A stretch of DNA of 64,000 bases from Lentisphaeria bacterium. GTDB lineage: Bacteria; Verrucomicrobiota; Lentisphaeria; Victivallales; UBA1829. Location: NCBI GenBank assembly GCA_017963105.1, contig JAGCTY010000175.1, forward strand, positions 51 through 64,050, given 5' to 3'. Each line of letters begins with the position of its first letter. Within the stretch, counting starts at the first letter, position 1. Made by a program: the position numbers and the translations under genes. The notes under the pieces are model-generated. The model saw nothing but the letters and a program-made list of their open reading frames with translations. It was not told the origin of the DNA and made no database searches. Of this stretch, positions 55,066 to 63,362 are shown in pieces.

Positions 55066-56514
55066 TTACAACAAAACACCCCGTTGATAGGCGAAGAAGT
55101 TCTTCTTGCCGATTATGTTTCTCCAGCGTCTTGTGCGCCAACGCTTTATGGCTAACAGTTCGTTAACTGCCATACCAGGAATTCTTTTGTAGTGGTTGAT
55201 GAATCCGTTTATCCTTTGAACGGCTTTTATCAGATAATAGTCGTTCTTGGTTTTCGCATATTCATACAACATAGAAAGATATCCTGCGCATGCCTGCTGT
55301 TTCTTGTTTCGCAATATATGCCATTTGCCGCGTTCGAGCTTTACTCCTAACAAGGAAATGTGATTGATTTTCACAATCTTCGTTTTATCCTGGTTGACAG
55401 GACATTTCATTGTCGTTTCGAGGAAAACGATAAGTTTAGCCCTTATTCTTTTCGCAGCTTGTTTAGAATGGCAGAATACGGTTACATCATCAGCATAGCG
55501 TACGAAGCGGTGACCACGACGAGTAATCTCCTTGTCCAGTTCGTCTAAATAGAGCATAGAAGCCAACCAGGGAGATAACACGCTGCCTTGGGGTGTTCCT
55601 ATACGATTCCTTGTCAGTGTGCCGTGTCTGCCGATAACAAGAGGAGTAAGAAAAGCAACTACAAGCTTTACCACTCTCTTGTCAGCAATATGAACACGGA
55701 GTTTCTGAACAAGACGATCATGAGGAACATTGTCAAAGAAAGCTTTCAAATCCATGGTTATCCCATATTGGTAGCCTTCTTCACGAATACGATTAACTTC
55801 AGCAATCGCATCAGCAACGCCACGTTTGGGCTGATATGCAAAGGAGTAAGGACTCCAGGGATTCTCAGGCATATTAGCAGTTACAGCCTGTAGAATCATT
55901 GTTTGTACAACACGGTCCATAACAGTAGCAATTCCCAAGGTCCGCATCTTTCCATTAGCTTTCGGGATCTGTACGGTTAGAATCTTTCCAGGATAGTATT
56001 TACCATGAAGAATATCCTGCCGTATCTTTTCCCTGGCAGATGGAGATGCAAGAAGAGGATCACAAACATCCTTTACTGTTCTATTGTCGTATCCGCAAGC
56101 CTTATTCGGTTCGCTTCTAACAGACGATAGAGCAAGGAGGAAGTTTCCATCATCAACGATTCGTTCCAGTAAGTCTGAAACTTTAACAACCGGAATTGAA
56201 TGAGAGCCCAGCATAGGATCATATATCCGCCGCTGAGAATACTTCCGATTGTTTGAACTTGCGGAGTAGTCACGATCACCATCACAGAAGGTGGTTTTCT
56301 GATTGGTATCTGATTGTCCGTCTTTTAGAGTGTTCCCTACTGTCGCATTATTTCCTTTCTTCAGCGGCAGTGTTTCATGAGAGCAGCCCGGTTGAGCCTT
56401 ACGAGTGTTACGCCGGTAAGCTTGGACATCTCGTAGATTGGCAGTATGCTTCGTGGCAGCAAAAGGCTGTGGCGAAGCGGGTGATATACTATTCTTTGAC
56501 TTGTCTTTTATCAT
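55066..56514 (-). CDS. group-II-intron-type reverse transcriptase/maturase (RT plus X/thumb, no endonuclease domain) with an N-terminal extension of about 115 aa
   Basis: 482 aa. Blocks: LLERIVDDGNFLLAL (RT0), RTLGIATVMDRVVQ, GTPQGSVLSPWLASMLYLDELD, the active site FVRYADDVTVF, and a maturase-like C-terminus (INGFINHYK). The AT-rich codon usage differs from the host. Confidence 0.85.
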   Translation of the reverse strand: MIKDKSKNSISPASPQPFAATKHTANLRDVQAYRRNTRKAQPGCSHETLPLKKGNNATVGNTLKDGQSDTNQKTTFCDGDRDYSASSNNRKYSQRRIYDPMLGSHSIPVVKVSDLLERIVDDGNFLLALSSVRSEPNKACGYDNRTVKDVCDPLLASPSAREKIRQDILHGKYYPGKILTVQIPKANGKMRTLGIATVMDRVVQTMILQAVTANMPENPWSPYSFAYQPKRGVADAIAEVNRIREEGYQYGITMDLKAFFDNVPHDRLVQKLRVHIADKRVVKLVVAFLTPLVIGRHGTLTRNRIGTPQGSVLSPWLASMLYLDELDKEITRRGHRFVRYADDVTVFCHSKQAAKRIRAKLIVFLETTMKCPVNQDKTKIVKINHISLLGVKLERGKWHILRNKKQQACAGYLSMLYEYAKTKNDYYLIKAVQRINGFINHYKRIPGMAVNELLAIKRWRTRRWRNIIGKKNFFAYQRGVLL

Positions 56515-56792
56515 TTATTCTTTCCATTCGGTTTGAAAGATTCTCTTCTACATTACAAGCGGTCGTCAATTGAAACATCGGATGGGAAAATGTCTGAAGA
56601 AAGATTATACGATTTGCATAGGAGTACAATTAGCCATTGTTCCGTCACATAGAATAAATAATATTACAGTTACAGAAAAACAATTAGCGCAACATCAATC
56701 ATGCAGTTATACTGGAACAGCATAATTATACCAAAGTAGAAAATGGCGATTGTTAGGCGAATAATGCTTGAAGCTAACAGATGTTCTTTGAA

Positions 56793-58319
56793 TCAAATCA
56801 AGCCATCCTCTCTCAGGATAACTTCAATTTTATCAATTGTCCTGGAGTCTGCCAGCGGGAGCGCATCTATAATCAGGCGTCTACGACAGCTCAATGGCTC
56901 TTCGATTACGTCATCCTCCGCTTCACCATTTCCTATTGGTGCGGGCAGAGATAAAGAGGGAAGATTCTCAATAGCTTTTTGCTTTGATTCCATTGCTATA
57001 TGAGAATAGTGTTCTGTCATCGAAGGATTCCCATGACCAACAATTGAAGCTACAACAGAATATGGGACTCCGGCGTTAGCACAGAATGAGACAAAGGTGT
57101 GCCGGAAAGAATGAAGTCCATACGCGTTTGCGGAATTTTTACGACGACCAAAAGTTTCTTCTTTATCCAATGTCGTTTCAAGTCCAGTTGAGCATCGAAT
57201 GATTTTCATTACATCCTTGGCAATTCCGCTGGGATTATACCTGTATCGTGCCGCGACATTTGGCAAAACGAAATCATCTTTAGTTCTATTTTCTCCGCGC
57301 CACAATAGAGCTTCATTTAAGGCAACAAATAAATCTGGAGCAATAGGCAAAGTTACAGCTCGTCCTCCAGTTTTAGTTGATGTTTTCCTTGGAATGAACG
57401 AAATCACTTTTTTGTCCAAATCAATATTATTCCATTTCATCAGACAACCATCTTGCCCGCGACATCCTGTATAACAAAAGAGACAGAGCAAGACTCGCAT
57501 TTCGTCTTTGAACATCGGAATGTATTCTTTTTTGACAATAACCCGTTCCCGCTTTCGTTCAGTGGTGAGGCGTTCAACTTCAGTTTCATAAAAGAAGCCG
57601 GTTTGGAATCCATCGAATATTGCTCTGACCTGTTCTGCCGAAAACTCTTTTCTTGATACAACCTCATTTCTTTTGTGCTGAATCCTATCAAATGGATTCG
57701 TATCAAGCGCAGCCGGATCCATTAGATGTTTGAAAACCAATCTCAAAGCCATAGCATATTTATTATATGTAATGGCGGATATTCCCGTGCCCCATAGCCA
57801 CTGCATAAAGTCGAGCGCCATATTGTGATCAACATCAGATATGAACTTTATTTCTGGATGATCCTTGGAAATCCATTGTATGAATCGCTTAAATTGTCCC
57901 TCATATTTCTTTGCTGTGCTGTCTGCACATTCTGTTCTGGTCGGCTGCCTTAAGAAAGTGTCCCAGGCAGAATGAATAGAGAGACCCGATTGCCTCTTTA
58001 TTTTTTTATTCTCCGCGATAATATTCGCAAACTCTTCCTTTGTTGTGGCGTGAAGTATTTTCTGAAAACCCTCAGCGGCCTTTTCTGCCTCAATTCTGTT
58101 TTTACAATGGGTTCCGTCCGGGTTCAGAAGCGGAGTAATGCTGGTTTTGCCCTTGCACATGCTTCTTAAGTAGAACCATTTCTTTACCTTCGTAATAGAC
58201 CCTGCTCCTTTTTCACGATAACGTCTACGTTTTCTTTGAGGGGAAGCCCAAACGGCAGTCTTGTTTTGTGCCTCCAGGTTTGTTGCACCATTGTCGGGGG
58301 AGATAGATTCGTTCAGCAT
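56793..58319 (-). CDS. tyrosine-type site-specific recombinase (phage integrase family)
   Basis: 508 aa. The C-terminal catalytic region reads ...TGCRGQD..., HSFRHTFVSFCANAGVPYSVVASIVGHGNPSMTEHYSH (the R...HxxR...H...Y pattern). It lies 160 nt from attR. Confidence 0.9.
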   Translation of the reverse strand: MLNESISPDNGATNLEAQNKTAVWASPQRKRRRYREKGAGSITKVKKWFYLRSMCKGKTSITPLLNPDGTHCKNRIEAEKAAEGFQKILHATTKEEFANIIAENKKIKRQSGLSIHSAWDTFLRQPTRTECADSTAKKYEGQFKRFIQWISKDHPEIKFISDVDHNMALDFMQWLWGTGISAITYNKYAMALRLVFKHLMDPAALDTNPFDRIQHKRNEVVSRKEFSAEQVRAIFDGFQTGFFYETEVERLTTERKRERVIVKKEYIPMFKDEMRVLLCLFCYTGCRGQDGCLMKWNNIDLDKKVISFIPRKTSTKTGGRAVTLPIAPDLFVALNEALLWRGENRTKDDFVLPNVAARYRYNPSGIAKDVMKIIRCSTGLETTLDKEETFGRRKNSANAYGLHSFRHTFVSFCANAGVPYSVVASIVGHGNPSMTEHYSHIAMESKQKAIENLPSLSLPAPIGNGEAEDDVIEEPLSCRRRLIIDALPLADSRTIDKIEVILREDGLI

Positions 58320-58480
58320 GATTTCTGTGTCTTTCTTGTTTAGGAACGTTTATGATTCTTTTCGATCCTTTACAAAAACACACAGCGTAAAACATTTTCT
58401 GCTAATTCTTTGTAAACCAATCGGCAGATAATAGATGCAATCCATTCACTGCAAGCACAGTGCAAAAATGCCGCACAGCG

Positions 58481-58531
58481 GCTCATAAACCTTTGGTCGC
58501 TGGTTCGAACCCGGCAGGATCCACCATTTTT
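58481..58531 (+). repeat. attR: displaced 3' half of tRNA(CAT), 51-bp repeat
   Basis: Identical to 43360-43410. The upstream sequence cannot form the 5' half of a tRNA. Confidence 0.95.
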
Positions 58532-58933
58532 TGCTTCGATCATCAACCCATATTCCGTTTTTTCTCCGTAATCTGAACTTATCCAGGCACAATTTCATTG
58601 AGCGGGCACACAGAAGCGAGAGGGGCCTTCCTCCGACGATCTTTGCAGAATTCCCCCCTCAGTCTTCCATAAAAACGTCCGCGAGACGGCATGCCGGCTA
58701 TCTTCCGCGTGAGGAAACACCCATTGGGGCAGCGGCTCAGGGATTCCTTGTCCAGCAGGAAAACAGAACAAAAAAGAATTGTCGTTTGCAAGCAGGTTTA
58801 CATTTCGACCTGGATGCAAACAGACTGCCGCTCGGGATACAGATTCCGGTCAAGGTGCAGCCATCTCCAAGGTCAAGGGGCACAGCCGATTAGGTCTAAA
58901 GGAACAACATTTTTAAAAAAACGGAGTTTAGCC

Positions 58934-58961
58934 TTGACATTTTGAAAACACGTGTTAAATT
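58934..58961 (+). promoter_or_regulatory. promoter of the 25-codon ORF (TTGACA-N16-TAAATT with TG extended -10)
   Basis: ttgaca at 58934-58939 and taaatt at 58956-58961, preceded by tgt. Confidence 0.55.
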
Positions 58962-59024
58962 AGAGAATAGAGTGGTGGGATAGCCACCAGGCCGCAACAA
59001 AAAACCGTTATCAGGAGGTAAAAA

Positions 59025-59102
59025 ATGCCGACATTGGAATGCGTTTCTCTCGAAACACAAAACACGTCATGCCACACTGATTGTGGACCCGTCAGCGACT
59101 GA
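59025..59102 (+). CDS. 25-aa Cys-rich peptide, candidate RiPP precursor
   Basis: Own translation: MPTLECVSLETQNTSCHTDCGPVSD. AGGAGG lies 7 nt upstream, with a consensus promoter 60 nt upstream and a perfect terminator 24 nt downstream. It is not in the ORF track (too short). Confidence 0.6.
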   Translation: MPTLECVSLETQNTSCHTDCGPVSD

Positions 59103-59125
59103 CAGTGCTTGTTTCAGAAAAAAAG

Positions 59126-59162
59126 GCATCTTGCCTGTAAAAACAGGCAAGATGCTTTTTTT
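59126..59162. terminator. strong (bidirectional-looking) rho-independent terminator
   Basis: gcatcttgcctg (59126-59137) pairs with caggcaagatgc (59144-59155), a 12-bp perfect stem with loop taaaaa, flanked by aaaaaaa and ttttttt. Confidence 0.85.
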
Positions 59163-59380
59163 GAACATAGTTTCTGCTTCGGAGCAGACTGTCCACGAGG
59201 CAACTCTTATGGTATTACGCCTGATCGAACATGGTTTGAAAAACAAGCAAGACACAAAAAGCATCTCTATGCAAGTGCTTCACGAACAGCGAAGATTTGA
59301 ATCTGCGTAGGACTATGTTGATTGTGCAGTCGAGGGCATTCCTATTCCCACGAACAACCGTGTAAGCACAGAGGTTAAAA

Positions 59381-60085
59381 ATGATATGCCGTTTTCTACT
59401 GAGTTTTCTGGAAATAATCGACAAGCTATGTCGGCAGGGGAAAAAAAGAATATGTTTCAACATATATATGGATTTTTTGAAAAAAAATGCATTAGAAGAT
59501 GGCAGGATGCAGGAGAAGAAAAGTATTCACTATAATCCTTATGAGGGGACAAACATTGTTCTTATTGAAAAACTAATCAAAAGCGGGGTCATTTCCCCGG
59601 AAGATCATATAGCCGACATAGGGTGTGGCGCCGGTATATTCCTGCTCTATTTGGCATCACGGGGTTTTTACAATTTGTCGGGTTACGAGATAGACCAGAC
59701 GCTTTATGAACAAGGTCAAAAAAACATAGAGTCTTTTTACTCGAAGCGAAAAGATTCAAGTAATAAAATAGAATTGCTCAACGTGGATGCCGTTAACACA
59801 GAATATCCTTCTGACATTACATGCTTTTATTTGTTTAATACTTTTTATGATAAGGATACATATCTTTCCTGGATAAAAAAAGTATATTCGTCTTGGCGTG
59901 ATAATCAAAGAAAAATAAAAATAATCATACTGTTTCCAACAGTCGCATCAATGGGCGCATTGCGCGAATGCAATTGGCTTCGAGAAACAGGACGAGTTAT
60001 TGACAAATCACATCCTTGCTGGCGATGTGTCAATTTCCTTGTTTATGAAACGATTGATGAAAAAGATTCCCAGATTCCTGTATGA
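59381..60085 (+). CDS. class I SAM-dependent methyltransferase
   Basis: 234 aa with SAM motif I, HIADIGCGAGIFLLYLASRG, and GAGGT 6 nt before the ATG. Very AT-rich. Its 3' end overlaps the convergent SPASM gene by 43 nt. Confidence 0.75.
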   Translation: MICRFLLSFLEIIDKLCRQGKKRICFNIYMDFLKKNALEDGRMQEKKSIHYNPYEGTNIVLIEKLIKSGVISPEDHIADIGCGAGIFLLYLASRGFYNLSGYEIDQTLYEQGQKNIESFYSKRKDSSNKIELLNVDAVNTEYPSDITCFYLFNTFYDKDTYLSWIKKVYSSWRDNQRKIKIIILFPTVASMGALRECNWLRETGRVIDKSHPCWRCVNFLVYETIDEKDSQIPV

Positions 60086-61270
60086 GGATTATATAGACAC
60101 CTTGGGTTTTTGGTATGCAAATCGTTTGACAAGGACAGCCCGAGGGGACGACAATCTTTGCATGCAAAACGAAATTCGCAATCTGCACAATGTTCTATGT
60201 TGGAAAAGTTCCAGCACCAGCATTTCTTTAGTACAGAAGATGATAATATCATATCGATGGAGGATTCGAGGATATTTCCATATGTGATGTTTCTCTCGAA
60301 TTCGCAGGGGAAAACATCACCATTTGAAGCGACTACAAGTTTGCCATGCCAGCATGAGTTGTTCAAACTGTTGTGAATAAATGTCTTTTTTGACGAGTGG
60401 AAATTTGGTTTCGTAATGAATGCTTTTTCCAGTGCTTTTTGATGATCCGGAAAATGCTTGTTTTGAGTTCCATTATATACATTTCGTATGATGTCGCATC
60501 GGGAACACCTCATACCCATTTTGTTGACAAATCCAAGAATGTCTTCTATAAAGTCCTGATTCTCTTTCATAATTACGACAGAAGCGGAAACTTCAACATT
60601 ATGTTTTAGCAGATAGTCAACATTCTTGCAGCGTTTTTCAAAACTACCAGGAACAGTTGTGATAAGATCATGTACTGTTGCATTATGTCCATAAACTGAA
60701 ACTTTCACGCGTGTTTGCGTAGCTATGATAGTTTCAAGTAATTCCTTAGACATAATTGTAGCATTCGTAAAGATTGTAACATCGACATTGAACTTGGATA
60801 CGAAGAGAAGAATTTCTTTCAAATCAGAGCTGCAACATGGTTCCCCTCCAATCAATAATAATGATACGTTCTGCATGATGTTGGACCAGTTCGCAAACAA
60901 CTCTTTTCCATTGTTCAAGGGATAATGTGTTTTCTTCCATATTATGAAAATCCCCTTCATAACAGTGGATGCAGCGCAGATTGCATTGGTGAGTTATTTC
61001 TAACCAGACAACCTCAAGATCAGTATCTGAATTGTCAGTATTTGTTATGTCAAACACTCTTGGTCTGAAGGTCCGACATAACAAGCCGTTATCTGCCAGA
61101 AGATCAAGATAACTGTTCGAATAAGTGTCTTGATGAATATATTGTTGGATTATTTCGCAGGCTATGTCGTTAACCGAATAGACTTTGCCGGAGACAAAGG
61201 AGTAAATAGCCCCATTTTTTGCTCCTTGGACAAAAACAACATCTTTATTGATCTCGAAAACGGGTGTCAT
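60043..61270 (-). pseudogene. RRE-radical SAM-SPASM peptide-maturase gene interrupted by a +1 frameshift (two overlapping ORFs, 61270-60824 and 60960-60043)
   Basis: ORF1 has a PqqD-like N-terminus plus the CxxxCxxC motif (THQCNLRCIHCY). ORF2 has LLLIGGEPCC..., then SPASM CWHGKLVVASNGDVFPC and CADCEFRFACKDC. The frames switch near 60861-60875, between ...CELVQHHAE and VSLLLIGGEP. Confidence 0.75.
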
Positions 61271-61272
61271 AT

Positions 61273-62895
61273 CTAATCCCTTTCCAATGGAGTTGATTTT
61301 ATGATTTCATCAAGTTCAGAGCATAACAACTGGTATTTCCTGGCACGTTGTTCTTCTTCCTGGATAAATGATGGCAGCATGGATTTACAGTATTGTAAAT
61401 CTGTTGCTACATAGAGGTGGCCAAAGAATTCTTTCAGTGTTTGAAACTCGATCTCTTCTTCTTTTTGGATGACATCCTGATATCGTTGTACTTTCCTTGT
61501 CAAATGTCTTGCTTTTTCGAAACAATGTTTCAACCTGTAAAACTGATATTTAATCTTGTTTGCAGATGGCAGAAAATCAGAACGAAGGAAATCTACAACA
61601 GGTAAAATTTCCTCGTTTTGGAATTTGTATCCATACACATTAAGGAAAGAAAAATCATCCCTCAACAGGCCATCCCTTTTCACAAATTCATACATTTTAG
61701 TTCCATACAACAGTTGCAAATGCAGCCCCCCATAATGGTAAAAATTAGCTGACCTCAATTTGCAAAGATATCTGTATGTCTCACATAGTCTCTCTTTGGT
61801 AGAGTATGGATTGATGGAAATGATCCCATATCTCGCCCAAATGCCATTCTCGGATAACAGAGTTATTGCATCTTGATTCTCCTGAAGCGTGGCACGTTTA
61901 TTGTAGAGAAGTCTGTCCATTTCGTTTCCGGCATCAACACCTATGAATAAATAATAGAATCCCGCTTCCGACATAAGTGTCAACAAGTCTCGTTTATCTG
62001 ATCTAATCGAGTTGGCTTTTGCGAACCCGGAAAAAACCAGATTTAAATTCAAAGAAATAATGCGTTCGGAAAAATCAACCAACCGAGCATAGTTTTCCTG
62101 GGAATCAATATCAAATATGTTATCATCTCCGAAATGGAAATCTCGTACACCGTATCTTTTTGCGACATACTCAATTTCATCAACCAGACGCATTGGTGTT
62201 TTATACTCAAAACGTCCTTTTCTAGAACAACAAAACGTGCAAGCCCCGTTGCAAACATTGCTTTTTGACAATAAGGAGTAGACCTTTAATCTGTTGTTCT
62301 CTGTGGTATCACTTTCATAGTAATCAAAGGCAGGATATCTGTTAATATCCGGTGTAACCCAGCGAGTTTTGTGATTATAGTCGTTCCGGGTTGCTACATT
62401 GGGGTCATGGAATTCCTGGTGCACATGATTGCCTGCATAAAAATCCATCAGTCTCTGTATCGGTTCTTCGCCGTCTCCAATGATATAGTAGTCAGCATTG
62501 CTTTCCGCTTCGATTATTAAACGATAATTCATGGAAATAAACTGACCGCCATAAATGATGACTGAATTCGTTTTCGATTTCAGAAAACGACTTGCGGCAA
62601 CCACTCTTTTGTAGTTTGTAATGAATACGGAAAAACCATAAAAATCGTAATCCAATGGGATTGTATTGCATATTTCTTCAGCCGTTTGGTTCTCATGGTA
62701 ATATTTGATCGTGACAAAAAATCCATGGCTTCGAAGATATGACGCCAGATAATCTACTCCATTGTTGCCATACTTGTGCTGTTCAATGATGGAAACAAGT
62801 AATATCTTCTTTACACTTGAAGATATTGAGTTGTCCGGCTGCTTCTGCATTTTCTTGTCCAGGAAAAGATTATTGTCTGACGGCTGCAAATGCAT
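61273..62895 (-). CDS. B12-binding-domain radical SAM enzyme (class B)
   Basis: 540 aa with an N-terminal Rossmann-like B12-binding region (KKILLVSIIEQH...VIIYGGQF...YYIIGDGE) and the radical SAM motif SNVCNGACTFCCS (CxxxCxxC). The start could instead be the internal Met at 62850. Confidence 0.8.
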   Translation of the reverse strand: MHLQPSDNNLFLDKKMQKQPDNSISSSVKKILLVSIIEQHKYGNNGVDYLASYLRSHGFFVTIKYYHENQTAEEICNTIPLDYDFYGFSVFITNYKRVVAASRFLKSKTNSVIIYGGQFISMNYRLIIEAESNADYYIIGDGEEPIQRLMDFYAGNHVHQEFHDPNVATRNDYNHKTRWVTPDINRYPAFDYYESDTTENNRLKVYSLLSKSNVCNGACTFCCSRKGRFEYKTPMRLVDEIEYVAKRYGVRDFHFGDDNIFDIDSQENYARLVDFSERIISLNLNLVFSGFAKANSIRSDKRDLLTLMSEAGFYYLFIGVDAGNEMDRLLYNKRATLQENQDAITLLSENGIWARYGIISINPYSTKERLCETYRYLCKLRSANFYHYGGLHLQLLYGTKMYEFVKRDGLLRDDFSFLNVYGYKFQNEEILPVVDFLRSDFLPSANKIKYQFYRLKHCFEKARHLTRKVQRYQDVIQKEEEIEFQTLKEFFGHLYVATDLQYCKSMLPSFIQEEEQRARKYQLLCSELDEIIKSTPLERD

Positions 62896-63097
62896 GTTTG
62901 ATTACAAATGTCCTCGATATTTGGGCGATTCCAATATGGCTGTTGAAGCTGTTGTCTTGTTCATAAGCACATCATTTCATTTTTTATCATTTGTGTTTTT
63001 GCCGATTGTTGAGTTGCTTTGTCAATCATTCCTGCAATCCGGACGAAAAGAACCCACAAAACAACCGTTGCGAAAAAAACTGTTCAAATACTAAAAA

Positions 63098-63220
63098 TCA
63101 TTTCTGTTCTGATTTGATAATTCTGATTGAGCGTTGTTGTTTGTGGAAGAGAGCATTCCGGCAACCATGAATGGAATATGTATCTGCTGCAAACTCTTCT
63201 GCCGCTCCCTGTAAAAACAT
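63098..63220 (-). CDS. 40-codon ORF in the leader of the radical SAM operon (speculative)
   Basis: MFLQGAAEEFAADTYSIHGCRNALFHKQQRSIRIIKSEQK, with GGAG 10 nt upstream. No homology was recognised and it may be non-coding. Confidence 0.2.
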   Translation of the reverse strand: MFLQGAAEEFAADTYSIHGCRNALFHKQQRSIRIIKSEQK

Positions 63221-63227
63221 AGCTGTT

Positions 63228-63290
63228 TCACTCCGAGTATGTGCACAACATCCCCTGCTTTCCTAAGCTTGTTCCGCTCTTGGTTTCCAT
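63228..63290 (-). CDS. 20-codon ORF, first after the operon promoter (speculative)
   Basis: METKSGTSLGKQGMLCTYSE, with AAGGTG 6 nt upstream, about 35 nt downstream of the predicted start site. Confidence 0.2.
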   Translation of the reverse strand: METKSGTSLGKQGMLCTYSE

Positions 63291-63333
63291 GCTATTCACC
63301 TTAAACGGTGTATCAACTGTATGTTTTCTCTCT

Positions 63334-63362
63334 ATTATAGCACCATGTTCATATTATTTCAA
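63334..63362 (-). promoter_or_regulatory. near-consensus sigma-70 promoter of the radical SAM operon (TTGAAA-N17-TATAAT with TGC extended -10)
   Basis: On the minus strand, ttgaaa at 63362-63357, a 17-nt spacer ending tgc, and tataat at 63339-63334. Confidence 0.6.

Larger units (their letters stand above)
43360..58531. mobile_element. integrative genomic island of about 15.1 kb inserted in the tRNA(CAT) gene
   Basis: Perfect 51-bp att repeats, a tyrosine integrase next to attR, an excisionase-like HTH gene, and mosaic base composition (AT-rich arms with a G+C-rich central module). Repeated TTTGTAAAG arm-type motifs lie inside both ends. Confidence 0.9.

Noticed and set aside
54880-56792. 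Annotating the RT region as a complete mobile group II intron
   Set aside because: I could not find a GUGYG 5' end or a domain V (AGC triad plus GNRA tetraloop). The hairpin after the stop is followed by a U-run and reads as a terminator. Too little non-coding sequence precedes the ORF for domains I-III unless the open N-terminal extension is non-coding. This needs a covariance-model search to settle.
58481-58531. A second tRNA(CAT) gene at attR
   Set aside because: Only the 3' half, from the anticodon loop onward, is present. The upstream sequence cannot pair with the acceptor 3' strand, so this is the displaced att half-site and not a gene.
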